Assembly (NCBI RefSeq): GCF_000400465.1
Contig: NW_008806274.1
Coordinates: forward strand, 330,244-362,243
Length of the DNA stretch: 32,000 nt
DNA from: Wallemia ichthyophaga EXF-994
Lineage: Eukaryota; Fungi; Basidiomycota
Reading direction: 5' to 3'
Below, in pieces: positions 1-10,948 of this stretch. Numbering within the stretch: the stretch's first letter is position 1; each line of letters opens with the position of its first letter. The notes under the pieces are model-generated. The model was not told the origin of the DNA and did no database searches. It saw only the letters and a list, made by a program, of their open reading frames with translations. A program made the position numbers and the translations under genes.

Positions 1-872
1 TCCTTGCTCAGTTGATACTTGTCGTTGTCAAGGTTCGCTACTTCCTCTTCGAGCTTTTTAGACCGCGATTTGTAATGTAACACTTCGTCTTGAAGTTTAT
101 CCACTGTGTAAGATAGCTTTTGCACCTCATCTGATGATGTTTGAGATTTTGATGTATGTAAACGATTGATTTCATCTCTCAGCTGCTGTGTCTCCGCATA
201 GTGTTCATCTCCAATTAATCTTAGCTGCTCTTGAGCTTCAAAGGCATCCTCTTTCGCAGTTTCGAGTGCAGAAACAAGCTGATTGTTCTCCGTTGCGAGG
301 TGTTCGTTGAGTGAATTCAAATAAGAGTTCAACTTGGTGCCATCGAATCTATTACCTGATTCGTTTGCAGTGATGTTTGCATTAAAGTTGTTTGGTTGAC
401 GCGGAGTTATAAGATCGCTGTTAGATGAAGCAAAAGATGGATCGTTGTTATCGTTAGTATCATTGTTATCATTGTTATTCTCTAGAGGCTTCCTTGAGAA
501 TGAAACTGTCTTAGGGAATGGTGTCGTGTTGACATTTGGCTTTGCCTTATCCTTCATAGCAGACATGAGTACATTTGGTTGACTTGTTAGTCGTTTTGAC
601 GCGTCTTTTGGTGTTTTGTTGAATTTATTTGGCGTTTGAGCAACATCTGATATTACTTTAGGTCTTTCAACCTCTTTAAAGCCCTCCTTAACGTTCTCCT
701 TGACTTTCTCCTTAACGTTTTCCTTAACTTGTGTCGCTGTCTCGTTCGATTCAGTCTCCGTCAAGCCTGAATACTCCTGATCATCAATCGAAGGCAGAGA
801 AACAAGCTCCTCCTTATCCTCCTCATTTATCCTCCTTAAAATCCGCGAAGGTGTCTCGTTGAGCTTGAGCAT
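1..872 (-). CDS. Partial (5' part) coiled-coil protein, possibly pericentrin/PACT-type spindle-pole-body protein; runs off the window start
   Basis: Manual translation from ATG at 872 stays open to base 1 (MLKLNETPSRILRRINEEDKEELVSLPSID...GTKLNSYLNSLNEHLATENNQL...), followed by a heptad-like E/K/L/Q-rich segment. It is missing from the ORF track because no stop lies in the window. The N-terminal ETPSRI.RRI...LPS motif resembles basidiomycete SPB coiled-coil proteins as I recall them; the family call is tentative. Confidence 0.55.
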   Translation of the reverse strand, partial: MLKLNETPSRILRRINEEDKEELVSLPSIDDQEYSGLTETESNETATQVKENVKEKVKENVKEGFKEVERPKVISDVAQTPNKFNKTPKDASKRLTSQPNVLMSAMKDKAKPNVNTTPFPKTVSFSRKPLENNNDNNDTNDNNDPSFASSNSDLITPRQPNNFNANITANESGNRFDGTKLNSYLNSLNEHLATENNQLVSALETAKEDAFEAQEQLRLIGDEHYAETQQLRDEINRLHTSKSQTSSDEVQKLSYTVDKLQDEVLHYKSRSKKLEEEVANLDNDKYQLSK

Positions 873-1005
873 TTGATGATGACGATATGAACTAAGTCAA
901 CCTTTTGTACATTTGGTTATAAATTGGGTATTAATAGATGAAAATCATTTTCTACAAATCTTTAACAAAATTATTATCTTTGAAATCGGGTAAATTCTTT
1001 CTCGT

Positions 1006-3323
1006 TTATAGGAAAAATTGCGTGCTATTAGACTGCGTTAGTTATCCGCGTTTAGTCTACTCAATAAGTTAACTCACTTTAACCTCGAGCTTGCGTGTAC
1101 TCTCATTTCTTCCATTTTGAACGCGTTCATTTCCTCTTTTATCATTTGCGCCAATTCAGGTGTCAGTCTGTTACATGTCGCAGGTTCTCCCCTTCTATCA
1201 TATATTGTAGCAGGCCAAGTTGTTTGAACCCCCATAGAGTTGGCAAATGAACACTTTCTCTTTGGTTGAGCAGCCAAATTGATCATTGCTTGTACTGGTA
1301 ATGCAGAAGTTGAATTATTGTGATTTACTAAAGGTTTGTCGATTGGTTTGTGCATCGATGACGGTCTTGAGGCTATACCATCAATCTTATCTGCATCCGG
1401 TGAAGGTAATTGATGAGAAACTTGCGGTTGAACTTCCCGACCATCCTCATCTTTCATTATATTGGTAAAGGTAAAAGAGTTTGACCGACCACGTAGCTGC
1501 TGTCTTTCTTCAAAATCCTCTTGACGGTATGTTCTTGCTCCTTTCAATATGCCTTTCAAAATATGCTCACGACGATGTGGCGCGGCATTCGAATCATACT
1601 GACAAGAACCATGCCACTCTTCTTGATGAATTTGTACTCCTTGTAAACCTTGCGTTAGATCATCATCATCTTGTGATACTATTGAATCGCCATCTCCTTT
1701 CGCTTCAATTGCACCTGGCAATCTTGACTTACTATCACTACCTGCGTGATTATAGCTATTTGAATTAAGGCGACTTGAAGATTTAGACGATTTAGATGAT
1801 TTAGCTGATTTAGCCTCAGCTGCTGCAACTTGTTCCTGATGCTGCTTGACTAGGGCTGCTGCTGGACTCAAACCATCAATATATTCAGGTTCTTCATTAA
1901 TGATTGAATGTCTATCAACTTCAGCAGTTGCATGACTTATTGAAGTCGATGGTTCCTTCTTACGTTTATTCTTCTTCTTCTTTTTCAGCTTTGATCCAAT
2001 AGATTTGTTGTTCATATCCTCTGGCTCTTCACCACCACTATCTCTGTCTTTATCCTTGTTAAATAGATTGGTAAGACCAGCAAATGAGCTTCTTCTTGCT
2101 ATTTTACCAACGCTACCAATCTTACGTAACATAACAGATGCAGAAGAAGCGGCTGAAGAAATGGAAATGTTATCAGTTGAGACGTTAAATTTGGAATTGA
2201 AAATGCTATGCTTTTTAGCTGGTTTCTCGTTAGCTTCATTATTTTCACCTGGTCTAACTCTATTCGATTCAGAGATTGTTCTTGTCCGTGGTGGTAATTG
2301 TGGTGAGGGTGATTGTTTGTTAGGCTGAGTTTGAGGCTGAGACTTCGTCGCTAGTGGTGAAGAAGCTGATGAATTTTTACCGATAGCGCTATCATCGATA
2401 GGAATTCTTTCACTTATATCATTTGAACTTGATAATGCTCGTTTAAATCGTGATTTTAGACCTGGTTTATCAGTCTTATTCGCAATAGTATCATTCAAAT
2501 TATGCGGTGATTGTTGTGAAAGTGGTGATGGCCTTACATGTTGTGATTGTTTGTTGTTATTTAGACTAGTTGGAGAATCTTTGTGAGTTGATTGAGGTGA
2601 TTGAGTGGCTTGAGTAGCTGAAGACTGCCTAGAAGATCTTGAATCGTTTGAGCTATGAGAATTCTTGCGCATACGTCCCATTGGAGGGCTGAAATCATCC
2701 ACAAGATCATCGTGCTTTTTGTGAGAGCTAGAAGCACCAGTAGCTGGGGTTGATTCCGTTCTATTTACCATAGGGCGAGAAGTAGGTGATGCTACACTGC
2801 CTGGACCACTTGGGCTACCCGGACCACCCAAACTACCAGTACTACCCTTGGTAGTATTCCTCACAATCAAATCATCCTTTGATAAAGCATCGGATTTTGA
2901 TCTCCTATGATTAGCGGTTGAACGTGGATTTAAAGAAGCGACTTGAGAGTAAGACTGTGATTGTTGCCTAGACTCTTGATACGGATGCGTTGAGCTCGGT
3001 TTTTGCGGCCCAGAGGATGTTCTTCTCCGGCCAGTAAAATCTGGGTTAGGCGGTGTAAACATGTGATTCTGTTGTAGCATGAGTTGCTGGTGGTGATAAG
3101 CGGCTGCAGCGGCTGCCCATTGTTGTTGCTGCTGATGAAAGAATAGCGCTTGATTCGTTGGGGCTGGTGGTGCGTACAAGAAAGGGGATTGAGTGGGTGA
3201 TGACACGGGCGAAGACTGTGGAGATGCTAGCATTGAATTAGAATTAGAATTTGATTGTCTTTTATTTGATAATGACTGCGTTTGTCTATGATGAGGGAAT
3301 TCCATTGAAGGATGCTGGTCCAA
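1006..3323 (-). CDS. Bni4-like PP1 (Glc7) targeting protein; long S/Q-rich disordered region with a conserved C-terminal motif
   Basis: The 749-aa ORF ends KRKCSF...WPATIYDRRGEPATCNRLTPELAQMIKEEMNAFKMEEMRVHASSR, which matches the Bni4/phactr-like C-terminus. A 53-nt GT-AG intron (1025-1077) replaces the apparent stop and gives the expected ending ...SSRLNTQFFL* (TAA at 1006-1008). Confidence 0.75.
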
Positions 3324-3650
3324 TTACCATTCAACGCTGGCTGCTGTGTGAGAATGCGTGTCGCTGCCAAATATCAAGTCAAGACACACGCTAGATATCC
3401 TTTGTCTTAATTTTTATTATCTAAAGCCTGCAACAATTGCCTGCTTCGTTGAGTGTCGTACAACGAGTGAGCTACTCAAAAACGGAGATAATGTTTGATA
3501 TTTTCATTTTTATCAAATTATTTATTTTTTATCTCTCTATTCACAGGAGTGTTGTGTAAATACAATTACTATTCTTCTCCTTCTCTCCCGCTCTCTTTTC
3601 CAACCGAGTGGATCGCCTCGAGGACTCTGCCAGCTCAACCCTGTTATTCG

Positions 3651-5851
3651 TTATCTCCTTAAGTAATTTGTAACACTTTGCAGCTCGTCCCACTCCGTTG
3701 TACCTCCTCTCAGCCCCGCTTGTTCTCCTATATCGTACACATAGAGGTTTCCATCACTCGATCCAAGTCCAACGCGTTTACCCTCCTTGCGCTCCCATGA
3801 CATCCTGTTCAATGCTCTACTCGATGGTACTGCACTGCTTATTGGCACTTCCGTATCCACGTTTAAATTCCACAGTTTAAACTCCCCGCACCCATCCACG
3901 GATCCAAATACTGCTGGGTGATGCGGATGCCATTTCGCGTCATATACGCAGTCAGTGTGTTCATCAAAAGTCTGCAATGGTTTGTGGTGTTGTTGTGTGT
4001 GCTGTGTCTGTGTCTGCTGTTGCTGCTGCTGCTGCTGCTGGCCATTCGCTGCAGTTATACCTTTTGTTGACCACAGCTTAATAGTCCAATCTATCGAGGT
4101 CGTCAAGAAAAGGTCAGTGAAATCATTCGTATTGGTCGTCGTCCGATTGAGTGAGAGTGGATGAAAGTCGAGTGAGTTGACCGGCGCACTGTGGTCCGAG
4201 TAAATCTCATTGTGATCTATGCCCGCCTTTACTCCTGCTCTGTCATGTCTGTGGGCATGGTAGATTGCACCCTCTTCCGTGCCCACGTAGAATGACATTG
4301 TCTCGGCGTGTGGTAAATCAAAACATGTTATTGCTACTTCATCTGTCTTGCTATTTCCGGTACGCGACAATTCTATGCTTTCCTATGCGTGTGTTGCGTG
4401 TTAGTGAAATGCACCATCTGCATTACGCACTACGCATGACCCACCTGCGGTTGTGCAAGCATATCAACTGTCCACCCACAAACTAAACCATCCGTACTCG
4501 TCGTCATGAGATTGTTTGCGTTTTGTGTACCAATCACTTGCATATCGTAAACAGGGTGAGTATGCCCAGTAGCACTTAGTGGTGTTCTCAGTACTGGCGT
4601 CTGCTTAGCACGTGTATCCCATAACAATATTTGACCAGAATATGTACCACCAAAGATTAAATTAGCGTGGAATGGTGAGAAGGTCGCACTGAGAACATCT
4701 GATTGAGAATGTAACACAAACTCTGGTCGATCTAGCAGATGCATGTTCCAAACGGCGACAATACCATTTGGATCATTGAATGAAGCCGAGTTCTTGTTGT
4801 AAGCAGCCAGACTGAGTTCCGAGAACTAATTTGGTTGTGTAAGAAGGTGATTAAACTGGGTGTGTCATTTACTAACAATGTGAGACCAATCAACAGCAGT
4901 AATCGAACGGTTCTTAGTCCATTTTTCATCAGCGAAAGAACAAACAAGCTTCATATTCTTTGACTCGTTATCATGATTAGCATTATCCATGGCCATCCGA
5001 TAATCCCTCGTCACATCATAATTATCTGATAATGCTCGTTGAATCATCTTTGAGGAACTTTCGATAAAGTCACCAAAATCTGGTGAAGTGTATACTGCCA
5101 ATCTCTCTTCCTCTGAGATATCTAATATCTCTTGATCAATCTCACGCTGAATAGCAGCTTCTTCCTCTGCCAATTTTCTTTCATTTTCGACGCGTAAATG
5201 CTCTTCTTTATGCATGCGCTGCCTTAGCTCATCAGCTGTCTCTGTTCCCACAGCTGAATCGACAAGTGTTTCGTGTTCGTCATCAGGTATAAAAGCCGTT
5301 TGTACTTCTTTATTGTAAGTGACGGTTTCCTGTGGGAAGAGTGTGAGCATGGGGTACAGTGTACGCACACCACCAACCCACCTTTAAAGGTAAATAGAAC
5401 ACCTCGTGATCGACTGATTGTAGGATAGGCTGCTGGGTACTGTGGGTACTGGGTTGATTAGATTGGCTCAATAGCCCAATTTTCTTTCTCACTATTCAGC
5501 TTTTGTAACTTGTGATTCCTCTGCTTGCTCTGATTGACCTTCACGGCGAATATCGTTTGTTCTATCGCTCAGTACCGATGAATTCGATCCAACGAGCGAC
5601 GCGACAAGATCATCTATCTCTTTCTTCCCTATCCTATTGTAATCCGTAACGCTTGAAATCTCAGCAGCCTGAGCAGCCTGAACAGCCTCGTGAGCTGACT
5701 ACATGCCATATCGCCGCACACCTACGCCGGCAACGCTATCAGCGGTAGATTTATTCGCACTATCCAACCCCCTCTTTCTTTCGCCTCTCGCTCTCTTCAA
5801 TTCTCCCAACTTGGCTCTCTTCTCCTCTATCTCTGCCTTGCGACGATCCAT
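3651..5851 (-). CDS. Cytoplasmic dynein intermediate chain (WD40), multi-exon
   Basis: N-terminal MDRRKAEIEEKRAKLGELKRAR (ATG 5851); ETVTYNKEVQT light-chain-binding motif; WD40 segments such as WNMHLLDRPEFVLHSQSDVLSATFSPFH, TPLSATGHTHPVY, DLFLTTSIDWTIKLW and WHPHHPAVFGSVDG. Spread over several ORFs joined by short introns. Confidence 0.92.
4014..4040. repeat. CTG/CAG trinucleotide microsatellite encoding polyQ in a WD40 loop of dynein intermediate chain
   Basis: tgctgttgctgctgctgctgctgctg on the + strand; translates as QQQQQQQQQ on the - strand. Confidence 0.85.
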
Positions 5852-5924
5852 GATGGGTGTATGTATAGAGGTGTATATCGGTGTATCCTGGTGATATCGT
5901 GGTACAAGCGTGCAATTCAACATT

Positions 5925-7994
5925 TCAATACTTCAAATACCCAACAGCTAGCAGCGGTGGTCCAGACATCAATCCAAGCCAGAAGAACATGTTAGCAAAC
6001 TCAGGATATCTTCTGACTAAGGGCAATCTACCAATAGCAATCATTGGCAATTGGGCCATCTGTTTAGTATCTCAGTGGGGTTATTCACGCATTGTCTGAC
6101 TTATATCCACCTGCAAGACGAACAAATACATTCTATATCCATTTGTTAGTTCGATTGAAAATGTCACTGCCGCTTGAAAAAACACCCACCTGATCTTCTT
6201 AGTTACAACAGCCATCACAAGCTCGTGTATGAGTGCAGAAAGCAGAAAGGTGAGCATAGTTGCTGATTGCTTGGAGATCTTATATGTAGAGAGTGTGGAG
6301 ACGTCTATATGTTGTGTATTGTGAGACGGAACGGTAGCAGAAGCGTTAAAGTCACCCACAGACATGTCTGAGGAGGAACATATGCACTGGTTTATTCCAC
6401 TTACGCGCAAACTGGTCCCATGTTGTAGCGTTCCACCTGAGGGGAGATTGTGAGTGAGTGAATTAACGATACCTGTCCAGCTCGGCACCCTACCAATCCT
6501 CATAAAACTCTCGATCAGCAAATCTCGTAAGCTCAGCAAAGGCGTTGCAGATGCACTCGAAGCTTTACGTAATGTTAGTGTTAGGTGGGCTGCTAATGCA
6601 ATTGTATTATTGTAGCGACGTACATAATGTAGAATCTGTCATGTCAGCGTGAACATGGTGAACGAAGCGAAACACTCACAGAAGGACGTAGTTGCAGAGA
6701 AATGGTATACACAAATCCAACCACGTTCTAGCGAATGCTGTCGAGCTCGTCAGCCAGCCCACTCACATGCATGACATAACACCACTCACATTCTTCCGGA
6801 CGAGGCATTTTTGGTGAAATGTAATGCTCGCTTATCATGTCTACACCGAGTTAGCCAGCCCTACATACGCGCACAGTCACGAAGCCACCCACAGAGTATG
6901 TAGAAAGTACCGAAAGTCGCCAGCGTTTTCTCGATCACATACCACAGTCGCACACGCTCCGTGCGGGGATACTCCAGCTCGTACACGAGCGTAGGAATAA
7001 GGAGGTAGTCGAGGAAGTTAGCCAGAGTTACGTTATCCGGATAAGAGATTTTAGTAGGACCATGTGAAGTGATATGTGAAGTGAGCTCGTTGATCTCGCT
7101 AGCTACTTTAGCTACATCTGGATTAGAGGAGGTTGTGAGAGGATGGTGATGCACATCGTTGACATGAGCAGTTTCAATTTCGTTTGAGCCTAGAGGTGTG
7201 GAAACGCCACTGTTGGATGCTTGCTCTTCTTGCTCAACCCTAGTAATTGCCTTGCTAAACGCTTTGCGCTGTCTGAGGTCGCTCTCGGCTCTGTTTGATA
7301 CTTCTGCTTCTCTCTGCTCTACGGTGGCTTCGAGTGAGGAATTGCTGAGTTTTGCCAATTGAGCCTCGAGAGATTTAATCTTAGAGTGCAAATTAGCGAA
7401 GTGACCATTTGTAGCCATGTAGGAGTGGATCTGGGGTAAAATTTTAGGTTTACGCGTGCATATAAAATCAACACACCTTCATTATCATAGTGAGAGAGTG
7501 TAAAGTCAAAAAACCAGACTGAACCCAAGGCCAATTTCTGAACCAGCCAAGTCAGAGAGATGAAAATGAAGTGAAACAACCGTAACACACCTCTGAAAGG
7601 CCCAAAAGACGGGTATGGCTAGGAAGAAGAGTTGTAAGACGTGCTGGATAGAGAGACCGACAGCATTATAGCTAATCCAGCCTCTTTGAATGGCTTTGAT
7701 GAATAGAAAAGAGAGACAAGTGGAAGCGACGAGGATTGCGTCAGAGATAGCCAAAACAAGACCATCTCTGCTGATCAACCTGCCAAAATTTAAGCCTAGA
7801 ATGCTTCCGGTAGCATCGTAGGTCTCTACAGCCGTGCGTATGCCAGTCATAGCAGCGAAAATCCAAAAGAGAGTGTAGAAACCCCTAAAGGTATCTACAG
7901 CGCTGAGCTCATTTTCTCTATCGAAATAAGAAGATCTCTGATGGAAAGTTGATTTCTTTGATTTAATAGGCGCGGGTGTCCCAGAACCGGTCAT
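5925..7994 (-). CDS. Sterol O-acyltransferase (MBOAT family, Are1/Are2-like), multi-exon
   Basis: Segments FRGFYTLFWIF, YPDNVTLANFLDYLLIPTLVYELEYPRTERVR, EFWRKWNVPVH-type region and FLLSALIHELVMAV (catalytic His). Final exon MAQLPMIAIGRLP...ANMFFWLGLMSGPPLLAVGYLKY* with TGA at 5925-5927. Confidence 0.9.
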
Positions 7995-8166
7995 TTGGTG
8001 ATCGACGTGATTTAAAAGCCCCTAAGCTAAGGAGAAAGGAGAAAGAAGAAGGAGAAAGGAATAAAATGAGAAAATAAATAATCAATTTATATTAATTTAT
8101 ATTAATTATGATTAATTTAAATTATTTCATCTCTTCGTTATCAACGACGACGTTGGGTTAAGAGAG

Positions 8167-9558
8167 ATGGCCTCAGAAATAGCCCCAGAATGGACAGACA
8201 GCGATGCATGCTCGAGATGCCAGAGCGTATTTACGACATTTAACCGTAAACACCACTGTAGAAACTGTGGCAGGGTTTTTGACAGTCTGTGCTGCCATAA
8301 ACAATTAACGTTACCGCATTGGGGATACAACGATCCAGTTAGAGTTTGTGAGGGTTGCTATTCCCTGATTCTCCGCGAAGGCACAAAGGCTGCTCCTCCA
8401 TCTGCCATACGTGTTCCTCGCGGTGGTCACGACAAGGCACAGGACAAGGTACAAGATAATTCTCAGGATGCAGCTGATGCAGATCTACTCAAAGCCATTC
8501 AGCTCAGTTTGGCTGAGTCTGGTCACTCTTATCAGAATACTGGGCCTGCTATCAACGCTAACAGGCCAGAGCCACCAGAGGATGACGACGATATGAAAGC
8601 AGCTATCGAAGCCAGTTTGAAGGATATGCGCAGTGCTCCTCCGGTAGCTGCAGTTGCACCTGTTAGGAGCACTTCGAGCAACCAGAATCACACTCACAAG
8701 CCAAGCTACGAATTAGCCACACAAGATCGTGATGCAATATTCTCATTTGCTCAGTCCGTTCAACAGCAGCAGCAGCAGCAACAACACCAACAATATCCAA
8801 CTCCACCCAATCCAAACCTTGCTTACTCAGCAGATCGCGCACTCAATGCAAAATCGAGATTGTTGGCCGGAGTTAATGAGACAGAAGCGAAAGAGCGTGT
8901 TCTGGTTGATATGCATGCCAAAATGACTGAGTCGGTGAGACTGTATAACAGACTACTCGAGTCGCAGATAGAGCAGCGAGAGGAACAGCAGCGGCGGGAG
9001 AGTACACCGGTGCAAAGAGCAACACCTTATTATTATCAGCAGCAGCAGTATCAGCAGCAGTACCAGCCGTACGAACAATACCAACAAGATGAACGCTTGC
9101 CCAGATACATTGCACCTCCACAACCAACTCCAATACCATCACTGCCATTTGCAGCACCATCTGCACCATCTGCACCACTTGCACTACCAAATGGACAATC
9201 TGCACCTACTGCACCATCAAGTATACCACAGCAATTCACAGATACACCCACGCCAATAGAAACACAGTCACAGTCACAGTCGCAGTCGATATCACCAATT
9301 CACAATGGCATACCGCAGCAAAGTTATCACCAGCAAACACCGCAACACTGGCAGCCACAACAACCACAGCATTATCGGCAAGAGCAGCAACCGCAACAGC
9401 AACCGCAACAACAACCACACCAACAACCATACCAACAAGCTAAATACAATGCACTGGCTGGTCTACCATCTGCGCCGTCGGAGTTGCCAGGCGATAGAAT
9501 TAATGAGCATGAGAATGAGCAACGACAGCAACAGGAAGCACTGCTGATAGAGTTGTAG
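8167..9558 (+). CDS. VPS27: Vps27/Hrs-like ESCRT-0 subunit (FYVE, two UIMs, coiled coil, P/Q-rich region, clathrin box) with no VHS domain
   Basis: FYVE WTDSDACSRC...RKHHCRNCGRVFDSLCC...VRVCEGC; UIMs DADLLKAIQLSLAES and DDDMKAAIEASLKDM; PSAPS motifs; C-terminal LLIEL. Single exon. Confidence 0.85.
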   Translation: MASEIAPEWTDSDACSRCQSVFTTFNRKHHCRNCGRVFDSLCCHKQLTLPHWGYNDPVRVCEGCYSLILREGTKAAPPSAIRVPRGGHDKAQDKVQDNSQDAADADLLKAIQLSLAESGHSYQNTGPAINANRPEPPEDDDDMKAAIEASLKDMRSAPPVAAVAPVRSTSSNQNHTHKPSYELATQDRDAIFSFAQSVQQQQQQQQHQQYPTPPNPNLAYSADRALNAKSRLLAGVNETEAKERVLVDMHAKMTESVRLYNRLLESQIEQREEQQRRESTPVQRATPYYYQQQQYQQQYQPYEQYQQDERLPRYIAPPQPTPIPSLPFAAPSAPSAPLALPNGQSAPTAPSSIPQQFTDTPTPIETQSQSQSQSISPIHNGIPQQSYHQQTPQHWQPQQPQHYRQEQQPQQQPQQQPHQQPYQQAKYNALAGLPSAPSELPGDRINEHENEQRQQQEALLIEL

Positions 9559-9640
9559 GGGGAAGAAAAGAAGGAAGAAAGAAAAACAAAACAAATGAAC
9601 AATCAAAGAATCAAAATATTGTATTACACGTGATCAAAAA

Positions 9641-10894
9641 TCAACAAACAACAGACCACTCATGTTCTTGTCTGCCTAATTGAATATCCTCAATAGCGTT
9701 TCTGAGAGTAGTAGCAAGAGCGCCGCTGCCGTCATGTTCGACGGGAATAGTGATATCTTTATCTCTCCAATTAACGCAAGAGATGGAGGCGAGTATACAA
9801 GCTGTGCCACTACCGAAAGATTCGATGACTCTACCTTGTTCAGCGAGGGCAGCCAATTCAGGCATAGTAATTCTTCGTTCCGAGACCTTGAGCGAAGGTG
9901 GGAGCTGAGGTTTGAGCCACTGAGGAGGGTTGCGGGTGAGGTTGAGGATGGAATCACGCACCACACCTGGCAGGATCATATCGTTGAGTGGAGGAGTGAT
10001 AATTTCAGTCTCGCCCTGCTCTCCGCGCACGACGACGAAGAGGTTCATTGTGCCCACCTCAGTGAGTTCCTCTTGTTCACCGAAGAGCCAAAGATTCTGG
10101 TCATAACCCTTTTCAGCAGCTTCATGCTGCGGTTTGACACCTTGGACATAGTTGGCTCCGAGTTTGTAGGCTCCTGTACCACCAGGCCAGGCCCTGACGT
10201 TCTTGGAGGTCGCGAGTAATTTCACCGGCTTAAACCCGTTCTTGTAGTAGGGACCGACGGGTGAGCAAATGACGTAGAGGAGTGCGTCAGATGAGGCACC
10301 TACACCTAAACTAGCTTGTGTGCCAATGAGAGTTGGGCGGATGTACAAGGAGTAGCCAGGTTCCTGTGGAATCCAGTGCTGGTCTAAGAGGACTAACTTA
10401 CGTATGAGCTGAGTCATAGAGTCACTGTCAAACGTAGGCAGAGCAGCTCTATCAGCAGTTCTGTTCATCCTGGCCATGTTCATATCAGGGCGGAATAATC
10501 TGACGTTGGATGACTTGTCTCTGTAAGCTTTCATCCCTTCAAAGAGCTGAGGTGCGTAATGGAAGCAGACAGAAGAAGGGTCTAGAGTGAGTGGACCGTA
10601 TGGCTTAATAGTAGGAGCACCCCAACCACTGCCAGAATTCCAGGGAATAACGAGCATATGATCACTAAACGTGTGTCCAAATCTTAGAGTATCTGAAGGT
10701 GGAGGTGTCTTTGGCTGGCTGGCTTTTTCAATTTGAAGTTTACTGATGTCGATATCAGGCAGAGAAGTAACTTCACCAGTCATAGCATCTCTATAGACTT
10801 TTGAAGTTGGACTAGTGGAATAAGCAGCTTTCATGGCATTTGTAGCGTTAGCAGCCACTGAAGGCGTTTTAGCAATATTTTGAGCGATATTCAT
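9641..10894 (-). CDS. BAT1: Branched-chain amino acid aminotransferase (PLP fold type IV) with probable mitochondrial presequence
   Basis: [40 protein letters not shown] (PLP lysine), [18 protein letters not shown]-type motif and FGSGTAC. Single-exon 417 aa. Confidence 0.95.
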   Translation of the reverse strand: MNIAQNIAKTPSVAANATNAMKAAYSTSPTSKVYRDAMTGEVTSLPDIDISKLQIEKASQPKTPPPSDTLRFGHTFSDHMLVIPWNSGSGWGAPTIKPYGPLTLDPSSVCFHYAPQLFEGMKAYRDKSSNVRLFRPDMNMARMNRTADRAALPTFDSDSMTQLIRKLVLLDQHWIPQEPGYSLYIRPTLIGTQASLGVGASSDALLYVICSPVGPYYKNGFKPVKLLATSKNVRAWPGGTGAYKLGANYVQGVKPQHEAAEKGYDQNLWLFGEQEELTEVGTMNLFVVVRGEQGETEIITPPLNDMILPGVVRDSILNLTRNPPQWLKPQLPPSLKVSERRITMPELAALAEQGRVIESFGSGTACILASISCVNWRDKDITIPVEHDGSGALATTLRNAIEDIQLGRQEHEWSVVC

Positions 10895-10917
10895 GGGGTT
10901 GATGGTGGTGGTTGTTC

Positions 10918-10924
10918 TGACTCA
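10918..10924. promoter_or_regulatory. TGACTCA AP-1/Gcn4-type bZIP element in the 54-nt BAT1/GluRS divergent spacer
   Basis: Exact TGACTCA lies between the two start codons (10894 and 10949). Function is inferred only. Confidence 0.4.
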
Positions 10925-10948
10925 ACTGTCTATATTCATCATACTCGA

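Noticed and set aside
690-730. Short direct repeats (ttaacgttctcctt / ttaacgttttcctt)
   Set aside because: They encode a KENVKE peptide repeat within the coiled-coil gene; not a mobile element or regulatory array.
9680-10219. 179-aa plus-strand ORF, plus many 60-170-aa ORFs antisense to real genes (e.g. 19701-20213, 25201-25530, 28855-29223)
   Set aside because: These are shadow frames of well-supported genes on the other strand or frame, with no recognisable motifs.
10880-10948. N-terminal extension of GluRS from the TTG at 10880
   Set aside because: It overlaps the BAT1 start, uses a non-AUG codon, and is acidic and Gly-rich rather than presequence-like.
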